Of a stretch of DNA of 64,000 bases, positions 46,486 to 55,788 are shown piece after piece. Made by a program: the position numbers and the translations under genes. Within the stretch, counting starts at the first letter, position 1. Every line of letters begins with the position of its first letter. Source of the DNA: Defluviitaleaceae bacterium (lineage in GTDB: Bacteria > Bacillota > Clostridia > Lachnospirales > WRAX01); the NCBI GenBank assembly GCA_009780415.1, contig WRAC01000004.1, positions 10,512 to 74,511 of the forward strand. The letters run 5' to 3'. The notes beneath the pieces are model-generated. The model had not been told where the DNA came from. It saw only the letters and a program-made list of their open reading frames with translations, and did no database searches.

Positions 46486-47216
46486 AAAATATCGTTGAAC
46501 AGCCCGTCCTGTATAATGGCAACGCGGCGCTGCCTTATCAATTCCAGCAAGGCAAGGAAGGTAACAACCCTTTCACCCCGGGTAGACGAGCAATCAAACA
46601 GCGCGTAAAAGCTGATACGCCCTCCGCGCCTTAATTTTTCCGTTATATGCGCCATCCGGTCAGATATGGTGAAGCGTTCCACGGTTATCGCGCCAAAGCC
46701 TGAGCGTATTTTATCCGTACGGCGTTCGCGCCTGGCAAGGACTTCCTCGAAAATCGCGCGGAGGCGCTCTATTGATACTATGCCCGTAATCGGCTGGTAC
46801 GCGGACATCATCGCCGAACCGCTCCAGTCGATACTCCCGTCCCTGTCCCTATACAAGGCCAAAATCCCGGTTTTTTCACGCTGGGCGAACAGCTCGGCGC
46901 GTTCTTTATATTGCTTGTAATCAATCAGCCGGTTTACCAATTCCTGGCGGGGATCGGATTCTTCTTCCGCGGCGTTACCAACCGTCCGGGGCAGAAGCAT
47001 ACGCGCCTTTATGCTCAATAGCGTAGCCGCCATCACCAAAAATCCGCTCAGCGCGTCCATATCAAGCCCGTCCATAGATTTAACATAAAGCAAATACTGT
47101 TCGGCGATCGGCGCGATAGGTATGTCAAAGATATCCACTTCGTGCTTGTCCAGCAGATGCAGGAGCAAATCCAGCGGCCCGTCAAAGATATCTATTTTAA
47201 CATTAAAGCCTGCCAT
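46464..47216 (-). CDS. scpA: segregation and condensation protein A
   Basis: I moved the start to Met43 of the ORF (MAGFNVKIDIFDGPLDLLLHLL), giving a TAATG overlap with the upstream gene. Confidence 0.9.
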   Translation of the reverse strand: MAGFNVKIDIFDGPLDLLLHLLDKHEVDIFDIPIAPIAEQYLLYVKSMDGLDMDALSGFLVMAATLLSIKARMLLPRTVGNAAEEESDPRQELVNRLIDYKQYKERAELFAQREKTGILALYRDRDGSIDWSGSAMMSAYQPITGIVSIERLRAIFEEVLARRERRTDKIRSGFGAITVERFTISDRMAHITEKLRRGGRISFYALFDCSSTRGERVVTFLALLELIRQRRVAIIQDGLFNDIFCEGINQ

Positions 47217-47848
47217 TAGATGTAAATAAAACGCAATATCCCGCCGGCAAAGTAACCGATAAACCCGCCCAGAATGTTGAAGAACAACAGGATCAGCAAT
47301 ATGGTCTGCGCCATGCGTTCCCTGTTCAGGAGCTTCACCCACCAGCCCGGTTTTACGATGGCGATAAAACGCGCCCCGTCCAGCGGGCTGACCGGTATCA
47401 GGTTAAAAAGCACGAAACACAGATTATAATACGCCCCGGCCGCCACAAGGTCAAAAATCAACCTGTGCCCGCCGCGGGCATTCATTACGTCGCCGGGGAC
47501 GCCGGCCAGCATCACATGTGCGATAACGGCAAAAACAGCCGCCGCCAGCAGATTCACGGCAAGCGGCAAAACTGCAACGATCAACTCGCTTTTCCTGCGG
47601 TCCTTCGTATACGCGAAAGGCCTTGTCTCCACCGGTTTGCTCCAGCCCAGCCTGAAAAACAGAAAACATAGAAAACCCACCGGCTCGATATGCCTGAGCG
47701 GGTTGAGCGTAAGCCGCCCCTGGTTCGCCGGATACTTATCCCCAAGCGCCAAGCTCGCCGCCGCCCTTGCATACCCGTGCAGCGTAAAAGCGATAATACC
47801 CGCCGGGACATGTATGAATATCCTGATCAATTGATATAATGCCGTCAT
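47216..47848 (-). CDS. site-2 protease (M50) family membrane protein with degenerate HExxH
   Basis: 210 aa. The family pattern ..GRLTLNPLRHIEPVG.. and ..FNLIPVSPLDG.. is present, but HGYAR stands where HExxH is expected. Confidence 0.7.
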   Translation of the reverse strand: MTALYQLIRIFIHVPAGIIAFTLHGYARAAASLALGDKYPANQGRLTLNPLRHIEPVGFLCFLFFRLGWSKPVETRPFAYTKDRRKSELIVAVLPLAVNLLAAAVFAVIAHVMLAGVPGDVMNARGGHRLIFDLVAAGAYYNLCFVLFNLIPVSPLDGARFIAIVKPGWWVKLLNRERMAQTILLILLFFNILGGFIGYFAGGILRFIYI

Positions 47849-48951
47849 ATGCCGCCTCTTCCCGGGGCAAATGGCTGGTTATACTGCCTCTGTGCCTCCA
47901 GATGTTCATCGTAGTTGTTTGAGAAGAAGTGCGCGCCTGTCTGTTCGTCTTTCAATACCATAAAGATATAGTTGGTGTCGGCCGGGTGCAGCGCCGCTAC
48001 TATTGCCGCCCTCCCCGGGCTGCAAATAGGGCCGACGGGCAGGCCCGGGTTTCTGTACGTGTTGTAGAGGGAATCAACCTCCAGGTCGGCGAAAGTCAGC
48101 CTGTCCCTTGGCGTATCCAGCGCGTACAGGACGGTTGAGCACATCTCCAGCCTTCTGCCCTGCCTCAATCGGTTATATATAATTGCCGAGCAAATGGCGC
48201 GTTCGGCGGGTACCCTTATTTCCTTCTCAATAATGGAAGCCTTGATTATAACCTGGTCAATCGTCAGACCCAGTTCCTCGGCGCGTTCTTCCATCTCATA
48301 ATCGAAAACCCTTTGGAACTCTTGCAGCATCATGTCAATCAGATCCCTGGGGGTGGGATTTTCGGGCAGATGGTATGTGTTGGGGAAAAGGTAGCCCTCA
48401 AGGAAATTCGGGCGCCATCTCACGGGTTCAAGGAAGAAAAACATTCGGTCATACTCCGCGCAGGCCTCCAGCCATTCCTCAACCGTGAACAGCCCCATGC
48501 TCTGGCACAGCTCGCCGATCTGGCGCAGGTTAAGGCCCTCCCGGATTGTTATGCGCGTATAGCTGGCGGGGGCGAACCTTGCGCTCTGTATAATATCCAT
48601 AATATCGCCGTTGCTCATATGGGTGGTAAACTCATAAATTCCGGGGCGGAATTTATTATGCGTCCCGTTCAGCCGCGATTCGACATAGAAAATCATAGCG
48701 TTTTTGGTAAGTCCGGCTTCCTCCAATATCCTGCCGATGGCCATGGCGTCAGCCCTGCCCGGCACGTCGCCCTCGGGTATCTCAATGGTAAATTCCTCGA
48801 AGGGGACGTTCAAATCCTTGCGGAACATATCTATGCCGTACGCGTAGGCGCGTGTGCCCACAAAAGAAATGGCGATAACAGCCAGAACGATAAAAATAAT
48901 GTTAAACAACGCGCCGGTCAGGTATTCGATTACATTATAGAAGGTTTTCAC
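47845..48951 (-). CDS. mltG: endolytic transglycosylase MltG (YceG-like)
   Basis: 368 aa. N-terminal TM and ..YNTYRNPGLPVGPICSPG... Confidence 0.9.
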   Translation of the reverse strand: MKTFYNVIEYLTGALFNIIFIVLAVIAISFVGTRAYAYGIDMFRKDLNVPFEEFTIEIPEGDVPGRADAMAIGRILEEAGLTKNAMIFYVESRLNGTHNKFRPGIYEFTTHMSNGDIMDIIQSARFAPASYTRITIREGLNLRQIGELCQSMGLFTVEEWLEACAEYDRMFFFLEPVRWRPNFLEGYLFPNTYHLPENPTPRDLIDMMLQEFQRVFDYEMEERAEELGLTIDQVIIKASIIEKEIRVPAERAICSAIIYNRLRQGRRLEMCSTVLYALDTPRDRLTFADLEVDSLYNTYRNPGLPVGPICSPGRAAIVAALHPADTNYIFMVLKDEQTGAHFFSNNYDEHLEAQRQYNQPFAPGRGGI

Positions 48952-48966
48952 GTTATCACCCCCCGA

Positions 48967-49305
48967 TTAAATCTCGACCTGAATATCATCCCCGGCGACG
49001 ATATCCATCACATCGCAGACAAGCGAAACAACCGCGCGTTCCGCTTCCAAAAACCGCAAAAGCCTCCTGTCGGAAGCCGCGGCGAAATAAGCGGCGGACA
49101 CGCGCTGCCTGTACGGCAGCAAGTCCGGTTCGTTCCTATCCTCGGCGTGCGCCAGCTCACGAACCAGCCGCTGGTATTCTGATAACAGCGACGAAAGGGC
49201 CGGGCGCGCGTTCACGTCGTTCCTCGCCGCGTGATATTCCCTGTACGGGCCGCTTTCACGGATTACCGCCGCCAGTTTCCTTGCGTCGTCAAAGATGTGT
49301 TCCAT
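48967..49305 (-). CDS. YlbF/YmcA-family regulatory protein
   Basis: 112 aa, helical. The position upstream of mltG and downstream of RNase J fits, and the pattern is YlbF-like. Confidence 0.5.
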   Translation of the reverse strand: MEHIFDDARKLAAVIRESGPYREYHAARNDVNARPALSSLLSEYQRLVRELAHAEDRNEPDLLPYRQRVSAAYFAAASDRRLLRFLEAERAVVSLVCDVMDIVAGDDIQVEI

Positions 49306-49308
49306 AGT

Positions 49309-50982
49309 CTACACTTCCATAATAACCGGCAGAATCATCGGGCTGCGCTTTGTTTTCTGCCAAACGTATTCCTTCAACGTGTCGCGGATTTCGGTCTTGA
49401 TGTAAGACCATTCCACTATATTGCGGTTCTCGCATTTAACCAGCGCCTTTTTAACAACGGCGCGGGCTTCATCCATCAGGTTTTCCGATTCGCGCACATA
49501 AACGAAACCGCGCGAAATAATATCCGGCCCGGCCGCGATATTACCCTCCTCACCGTTGAAGGACAGGACAACTATGATAATGCCGTCCTGGGAGAGATGG
49601 CGGCGGTCCCTCAGCACAATACTGCCCACATCGCCCACGCCCAGCCCGTCAACCAGCACCTGCCCGTGCGGCACGGTTCCGTTGAGCTTCGCGGCGTCGG
49701 CGTTAAGCTCAAGCACATCGCCGTTGTTCGTTAAGAACACGTTCTCGCGCGGCATACCCATGGTAACCGCCAGCTCGCAATGATGTTTAAGGTGCTTGTA
49801 CTCGCCGTGTACGGGCATGAAGAACTTGGGCTTTACCAAGGCGTGCATAAGCTTGATTTCTTCCTGCTTCGCGTGGCCCGAGACATGTATTTCGGCAAGT
49901 CCCTCGTAAACAACGTCCGCGCCTTTTTTAAATAACTCGTTAATCAGCCGCGTGATTGACTTTTCGTTGCCCGGGATGCTTGACGCGCTGATGATGATTT
50001 TATCGCCGGGCTTAATCTCAACCTGGCGGTGTTCGTTTATTGCCATGCGCGACAACGCGGACATAGGCTCGCCCTGGCTGCCCGTGGTAATTATTACAAT
50101 CTGCCCGTCAACATAGTTGTTTATCTCCGAAATGTCGATCATAACATGGTCGGGGATAGTCAGATAACCCAGTTCGGACGCGGTTTTAACCACGTTAAGC
50201 ATACTCCTGCCGACAAAAGCGACCCTTCTGCCATGCCTTTTAGCCGCGTTAACAAGCTGCTGTATCCTGGGAATATTTGAGCTGAAGGTAGCCACCATAA
50301 TGCGGTGGTTCTGGGTCTGGTTGAAAATACTCTCGAAGGTTTCGCCCACCTGCCGCTCGGAGATGGTGTATCCCTTTAACTCCACATTGGTAGAATCGCA
50401 TAGGAACAATAGAACGCCTTGCCTGCCCAGTTCCGCGAAACGCTGTAAATCAATCCTGTCGCCCTGCACGGGCGTATGGTCGATCTTAAAGTCGCCGGTG
50501 TGGACTACAATGCCCGCGGGCGTTTTGATGGCAAGCGCCACGGCCCCGGCTATGCTGTGGGTAACGCTGATAAACTCCACCTTGAAATGCTTGCCAAGCT
50601 CAACGGTTTCGCCGGCTTTTACGTATTTGCGCGTGGTTGTGCCAAGGAGGTTATGCTCTTTAAGCTTTAACTCCGCAAGCCCCAATGTCAATGTTGTGCC
50701 GTACAGCGGAACATTCAGCTCCCTGCAAAAATACGGCACCGCGCCGATGTGATCCTCATGCCCGTGCGTTAAAATTACGCCGCGTACTTTGTCCTTATTC
50801 TTTGTAAGGTACGAGAAATCGGGAATAACCAAGTCTATACCGAGCTGGTCGTCCTCGGGGAACATAACCCCGCAGTCAACGATGATGATATCGTCGCCAT
50901 ACTCAAGCACATACATGTTCTTCCCTATCTCCTGGACGCCGCCAAGGGAAAACACCCTTAATTTAGTTTTTTTTGAAGCCAA
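49309..50982 (-). CDS. rnj: ribonuclease J
   Basis: 557 aa. Metallo-beta-lactamase motif THGHEDHIGA with a beta-CASP organisation. Confidence 0.95.
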   Translation of the reverse strand: MASKKTKLRVFSLGGVQEIGKNMYVLEYGDDIIIVDCGVMFPEDDQLGIDLVIPDFSYLTKNKDKVRGVILTHGHEDHIGAVPYFCRELNVPLYGTTLTLGLAELKLKEHNLLGTTTRKYVKAGETVELGKHFKVEFISVTHSIAGAVALAIKTPAGIVVHTGDFKIDHTPVQGDRIDLQRFAELGRQGVLLFLCDSTNVELKGYTISERQVGETFESIFNQTQNHRIMVATFSSNIPRIQQLVNAAKRHGRRVAFVGRSMLNVVKTASELGYLTIPDHVMIDISEINNYVDGQIVIITTGSQGEPMSALSRMAINEHRQVEIKPGDKIIISASSIPGNEKSITRLINELFKKGADVVYEGLAEIHVSGHAKQEEIKLMHALVKPKFFMPVHGEYKHLKHHCELAVTMGMPRENVFLTNNGDVLELNADAAKLNGTVPHGQVLVDGLGVGDVGSIVLRDRRHLSQDGIIIVVLSFNGEEGNIAAGPDIISRGFVYVRESENLMDEARAVVKKALVKCENRNIVEWSYIKTEIRDTLKEYVWQKTKRSPMILPVIMEV

Positions 50983-51032
50983 AAATAAAACTCCTCCTGA
51001 ATCCCCGGGGTTCTCCCGCGGGGCATTAATCT

Positions 51033-51779
51033 CTAAAACTCGATATCATAATCCTCAAGCCGCGCGTCAAAGAGCTTTGCGACCTCCTCAAACTCATCGT
51101 CGTCAAGCTCCTCAAACACCATTTCGTCCTTGTCGCCGCCGACTTCCTTGAAGATGACGGCCTCCGCCTCGTCATCATCTATCAGGTCCGTTTCAACAAC
51201 AAGCATATAACGCACGCCGTTCCGCTCCAGCTCGTCAACCACGCAAAACTCGATTTCTACGCCGTTATCGTCTTTTATGCGGATGATTGAGTCCTCCATG
51301 CCGAAATCGTTATTATCTTCGTCTTTCTTAATGCTGACCGCCTCTTTTTTCTTATAGTATATTTCGTCCAAATAATTTTGCAAGATAATAACCGCCGCCA
51401 TCCGGTCAACCACCTGACCGCGGCGTTTGCGGGAAATATCCGCTTCCAGCAGCACACGGCTGGCGATTGCTGTGGTAAAACGTTCATCCTTTAGTATTAT
51501 ATCAGCGGCGGGAAAAGTCTTTAGAAGCAGCTCCTTGAATTCCAGGGTTTTTTCCGCCTGCTGCCCGATGGTGTAATTCTTGTTTATCGGGTAACCAAGA
51601 ATAATCGTACTTACATTATACTTTTCCACGATTTCAACAATTTGCGGCATGAACGACCACTTTTTTTTTGCGGGGTCACGGCGGATTGTGTCAAGGCCTT
51701 GCGCGGTAACTCCCAGTTCGTCGCTGATTGCGGCGCCTATCGCCCGCTCCCCGTAATCAAGGGCCAGAATCCTCGTCAA
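51033..51779 (-). CDS. ruvX: Holliday junction resolvase-like RuvX (YqgF) fused to a DUF1292-like acidic C-terminal domain
   Basis: 248 aa. N-terminus [18 protein letters not shown]-terminal ~95 aa (..[30 protein letters not shown]..) resembles DUF1292. Confidence 0.8.
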   Translation of the reverse strand: MTRILALDYGERAIGAAISDELGVTAQGLDTIRRDPAKKKWSFMPQIVEIVEKYNVSTIILGYPINKNYTIGQQAEKTLEFKELLLKTFPAADIILKDERFTTAIASRVLLEADISRKRRGQVVDRMAAVIILQNYLDEIYYKKKEAVSIKKDEDNNDFGMEDSIIRIKDDNGVEIEFCVVDELERNGVRYMLVVETDLIDDDEAEAVIFKEVGGDKDEMVFEELDDDEFEEVAKLFDARLEDYDIEF

Positions 51780-52072
51780 TTCTGATCCGGGTCAAACAAA
51801 TAAAAGTTTAAAAGCTCTTCCAAAAGCTCGTCCCGCTCCACGCGCCCGATGATCTTACGCGCGTCGCGCGAGCTTGTTATATACGTCGGGTCGCCGGACA
51901 GTATATAGCCTGTAAGCTGGTTTATGGGGTTATATCCTTTTTCCTCCAAAGCCTCGTAAACCTGCATAATAACATCCCGCGCGTTCTGCTTGCGCGTCAG
52001 CATGAGCTTTTTTAACTCATGTCGCGGTATCTCCTGCGTATCATACGCATTCGGGACATACTTTTCCGGCAT
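51776..52072 (-). CDS. IreB family regulatory phosphoprotein (UPF0297)
   Basis: 98 aa. ..[23 protein letters not shown]... Confidence 0.85.
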   Translation of the reverse strand: MPEKYVPNAYDTQEIPRHELKKLMLTRKQNARDVIMQVYEALEEKGYNPINQLTGYILSGDPTYITSSRDARKIIGRVERDELLEELLNFYLFDPDQN

Positions 52073-52090
52073 TTTGGCTCACTCCTCTTA

Positions 52091-52107
52091 CTGTAATAAT
52101 ATTACAG
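52091..52107. promoter_or_regulatory. 17-bp perfect palindrome between mtaB and ireB
   Basis: CTGTAATA-A-TATTACAG. It shares the GTAATA..TATTAC core with the palindrome at 12482-12495. Confidence 0.4.
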
Positions 52108-52151
52108 CGGATATAAAAAAGCAATAGATAAGGTCTATTTGAAACATAATC

Positions 52152-53462
52152 TTAACATAAAATCCCATAAACTTGCCCGTTTTCGACTGTTTTTAAGCAA
52201 ACCGGCAATATTTTACCGCGTATGTCCGTTTCAGAATCCGCCGATACCTCAATATAATTGGGGGTAAGCCCGGTATACGCGCCGGATTTTAGCCGGCTCT
52301 CAAAAAGAACCGGGGCTGCCGTCCCTAGATTTCGCGCCGTAAAATCCGATTTAAGCCTATTACCCAGCTCAATCATCCGGGCTGCGCGCTCTTCCTTTAT
52401 TTTTTTCGGAATTTGATCCGGCATATCCGCGGCCGCGGTTCCTTCCCTCCGCGAAAACGGGAAAACATGAAGCTGGGCAAACCGTATATGCCGGGCAAAA
52501 GCCAGGCTTTCTTCAAAGTCAGATTCCGTCTCGCCGGGGAATCCGGTTATCACATCCGTGGTAATGGAAGCATCCGGTCTGATGGAGCGTATGGCTTGTA
52601 CAGCCCCCATATATTCATCCGTCGTATACTTCCTGTTCATACGCGCCAGAGTCCTGTCACAGCCAGCCTGCAGAGACAGATGCACATGCCCGCATAACGC
52701 CGGAAACTCACGCAACGCGCCAAGAAACCCCGGAGTAACCGCTCCCGGCCCGATTGAGCTGACCCTTACACGCTCTATACCCGCGGCATTGGCGGCGGCA
52801 CGGATAACGGCAGGCAACGATAAATCAGGTAAATCCTGCCCGTATGAAGCCACCGAAATACCGGTCAGCACCACTTCCTTAACGCCCGCGGCGGCCACGG
52901 CTTTGATTTCGTCTGCCACATCGTCAAGAAGCCTGCTCCTCACCGGCCCGCGTATATGCGGAATAACGCAATATGAGCAGAAATTTTCGCAGCCGTCCTG
53001 TATTTTGACGAAGGCGCGCGTCCTGCCCGTAAGCCCTTTCACGGGCATATTCTCAAATAACAGCTTATCCCTATTATATCCTGTAACAAGGTTAATAATG
53101 CCGTTCGCCCCGGAATAATTATCGTGATAATTCTCCACCAGCCGCACTATTTCCCCGCGTTCCTTCACCCCGGTTACAATGTGCACGCCCGGTATATTCC
53201 GGGCTTCCTCCGCCTTGTTCTGGGCGTAGCATCCGGTCACCACCACAATGCCGCCCTTGGAAGCCGCGCGGCGTATCATCTGGCGCGACTTCTTATCGCT
53301 TACGGCCGTAACGGAGCAGGTGTTGACAATATATACGGCGGCTTTGTCTTCCCAGTCTTTAACCTCATATCCCGCCTCACGGAACCGCGCCAAAACCGAC
53401 TCCGTATCATAAGCGTTGACCTTGCAGCCAAGCGTAACCGCCGCCACGGTTCTTCTATCCAT
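52152..53462 (-). CDS. mtaB: tRNA threonylcarbamoyladenosine methylthiotransferase MtaB
   Basis: I moved the start to Met23 (MDRRTVAAVTLGCKVNAYDTE), an 8-nt overlap with the trmD-GNAT stop. Radical-SAM motif CENFCSYCVIP. Confidence 0.85.
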   Translation of the reverse strand: MDRRTVAAVTLGCKVNAYDTESVLARFREAGYEVKDWEDKAAVYIVNTCSVTAVSDKKSRQMIRRAASKGGIVVVTGCYAQNKAEEARNIPGVHIVTGVKERGEIVRLVENYHDNYSGANGIINLVTGYNRDKLLFENMPVKGLTGRTRAFVKIQDGCENFCSYCVIPHIRGPVRSRLLDDVADEIKAVAAAGVKEVVLTGISVASYGQDLPDLSLPAVIRAAANAAGIERVRVSSIGPGAVTPGFLGALREFPALCGHVHLSLQAGCDRTLARMNRKYTTDEYMGAVQAIRSIRPDASITTDVITGFPGETESDFEESLAFARHIRFAQLHVFPFSRREGTAAADMPDQIPKKIKEERAARMIELGNRLKSDFTARNLGTAAPVLFESRLKSGAYTGLTPNYIEVSADSETDIRGKILPVCLKTVENGQVYGILC

Positions 53463-54720
53463 TATTCCTTTTAAAATATTCGTCCGCAAGCAGAGCGTAT
53501 ACCGCCCCGTCGATCCATTCCTTGTCAACGCGCGCCCAGTGTCCCTTTACGTGCAAGGCTTCACGGCGCATTCCGTTTCGCTCCATAACACGGCAGGAGC
53601 CATAATTCACCGCCGCGCAGGGAGCGGAGACACGCCTCAGCCCCAAGTCCTCAAAACCATATCGGATCAACTCCGCGCCGAGTTCCGTGCCGTAACCGCG
53701 CTGCCAATAATCCAAATGGAGAATCCAGCCAAGCTCACCGGTGTCATTATCATCGTCCGGGTATATTCCGCAAGTTCCGATAACCCTCCCGGTTTCCTTC
53801 AAAACAACGGCGAAATCCCTTCCGGCCTGTGCCGATGTTAAGAAATCCCGCGTCTGCTCCTCGCTGTTCGGCCCCCAGCACATATACCGCGTGTTTACGG
53901 GATTGCCGCACCATGAATGGACGGCTTCAAAATCCTCCGTTCCAACAGGCCGCAGAACCAGCCGCTCAGTTTCCAGTGTGTCCGTCTTTGTTGATTTATT
54001 ATTTTTATTTTCCAACATATCCGGCCTGCTTTCCCTGGTAATTTCCAATGATTTTAACCGACGCCACTCATCTATCTTGCCATGGTCGCCGGAAAGAAGC
54101 ACCTCCGGCACCTTTAACCCCATATATTCGGCCGGGCGCGTGTATTGCGGGTATTCCAACAACCCATTTGAAAAACTCTCGTCCAGGGCTGAGCCTTCAT
54201 TTTTCAAAACGCCGGGAATAAGCCGCGCCGCGGCGTCGATAACAGCCATGGCCGGAATCTCCCCGCCCGAAAGCACGTAATCACCAATGGAGACGCATTC
54301 CGGCTTAATCAATTCCATAACGCGCTCGTCGATGCCCTCATAATGCCCGCATAAGATGACAACCGCCCGCTCCCGGGACAGTTCCCGCGCCATATTTTGG
54401 TCAAAACCTTTGCCGCGCGGTGTCATAAGCAAAACGCGGGGGGGATTATAACCGGCGGCGTTCAGGGTTTCCAGCACATGCGTATATGCCGCGTAAACCG
54501 GCTCCGGCTTCATAACCATACCGCAGCCGCCGCCATATGGGTAATCGTCGGCCTGACGGTGTTTATTCCCGGTATAATCACGTATATCAACGGCTTCCAG
54601 GTTTATTATCCCTTCGCGGACCGCGCGCCCTATAACACTGTGCGATAACCCTTGGGCAATCATATCGGGAAACAGCGTCAATACGGTAAATTTCGGCGTT
54701 AAGCCCTCATTTCCTGCCAT
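53455..54720 (-). CDS. trmD: tRNA (guanine37-N1)-methyltransferase TrmD fused to a C-terminal GNAT N-acetyltransferase domain
   Basis: 421 aa. TrmD part: ..VLTLFPDMI..DDYPYGGGCGMVM..HYEGIDERV... From about aa 255 a RimJ/RimL-like GNAT domain follows: ..LVLRPVGTEDFEAV..WQRGYGTELGAELIRYGF... Confidence 0.85.
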   Translation of the reverse strand: MAGNEGLTPKFTVLTLFPDMIAQGLSHSVIGRAVREGIINLEAVDIRDYTGNKHRQADDYPYGGGCGMVMKPEPVYAAYTHVLETLNAAGYNPPRVLLMTPRGKGFDQNMARELSRERAVVILCGHYEGIDERVMELIKPECVSIGDYVLSGGEIPAMAVIDAAARLIPGVLKNEGSALDESFSNGLLEYPQYTRPAEYMGLKVPEVLLSGDHGKIDEWRRLKSLEITRESRPDMLENKNNKSTKTDTLETERLVLRPVGTEDFEAVHSWCGNPVNTRYMCWGPNSEEQTRDFLTSAQAGRDFAVVLKETGRVIGTCGIYPDDDNDTGELGWILHLDYWQRGYGTELGAELIRYGFEDLGLRRVSAPCAAVNYGSCRVMERNGMRREALHVKGHWARVDKEWIDGAVYALLADEYFKRNNG

Positions 54721-55724
54721 ACGGTCGCATTACCATCCTCAAATTCAACCCTGCCATACGCGCCGTTGATAATCTGTATCTGCGGCGGGATATGGCCGAT
54801 ATCGGCGTCGTAAATCACGGGAACGCCTAAATCGCCGAGGCCGCTTTTCAACGCGTCGGTAAGCGTGAAATCATACGTATCTGAATATCCGTCAACCCGC
54901 CCGTATAATACGCCTTTGCAATGTTCAAACCATCCGCATTCGCGCATCTGCCACAGAGTACGGTAAATATCACCCGCGCTCATCTCACAGCTTTCAAGAG
55001 TCCAGATAAATCCGTCGCTTTTGTACTTCTCTAAAAACGCGGGGACAGGCGCAAACCGCGTTCCAAGTAATTTACACAGCGTGTCTGTACAACCGCCGAT
55101 TATGCGCCCTTCAAACTTATGGATTTTTTCGCCTGAAAGGGATTTCCAGACGGTTTTTTCGGTAAGGTCATATATGGGTTTTGAAATATCGTTCCAGTCT
55201 GTAAATTTACCCCAGAATCCTGAATTCCGCTGTGATAACTCAGGTTTGGACATCGCCTCAAACACCGCCATGTCGTATTCGTGGATACCCGCGAATCCCA
55301 TGTTCATAAAGTTTGCGCCGTGTATGGCAGCCATATCGCAAATCAAAGTCAGCGGAAAAATTAAAGTTGTGATGTCGGAATAACCGCAGACCCATTTCGG
55401 CGGCAGTTCTGACAGGCGCGCAAAATCCATATATGGAAGCACATCTATCAGGAACTCGCCGCCCCAAGGCGGGATTATTGCCGCCACATCGGGATTTTCG
55501 TAAAGGCTCATAAATTCGGCGGCACGGGTTTTGGCATCGGCGCTTACACATTTAACGCTGTTCCGTACTGATGCTGTTTCCAGCGTATTATATCCAAGCG
55601 AACGTACGTTTTCATGCGCTTTGTCAAGCTTTTCATGCCTTACAGGGACGCTACCGTCAACGCCGGACGACGGCGCGCAAACGCCGATTGCATCGCCTGT
55701 TTTTAATAATTTAGGATAACGCAT
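54699..55724 (-). CDS. LD-carboxypeptidase (S66 family)
   Basis: I moved the start to ATG 55724 (MRYPKLLKTGDAIGVCAPSSGV, AAGAGG RBS). It overlaps the trmD start by 22 nt. Confidence 0.8.
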   Translation of the reverse strand: MRYPKLLKTGDAIGVCAPSSGVDGSVPVRHEKLDKAHENVRSLGYNTLETASVRNSVKCVSADAKTRAAEFMSLYENPDVAAIIPPWGGEFLIDVLPYMDFARLSELPPKWVCGYSDITTLIFPLTLICDMAAIHGANFMNMGFAGIHEYDMAVFEAMSKPELSQRNSGFWGKFTDWNDISKPIYDLTEKTVWKSLSGEKIHKFEGRIIGGCTDTLCKLLGTRFAPVPAFLEKYKSDGFIWTLESCEMSAGDIYRTLWQMRECGWFEHCKGVLYGRVDGYSDTYDFTLTDALKSGLGDLGVPVIYDADIGHIPPQIQIINGAYGRVEFEDGNATVWQEMRA

Positions 55725-55788
55725 ATAAGACCTCTTTTCAACCGCAGGTACGATGCGCGCGCCGTGAGAAATCAAAAAAACACAAAAA

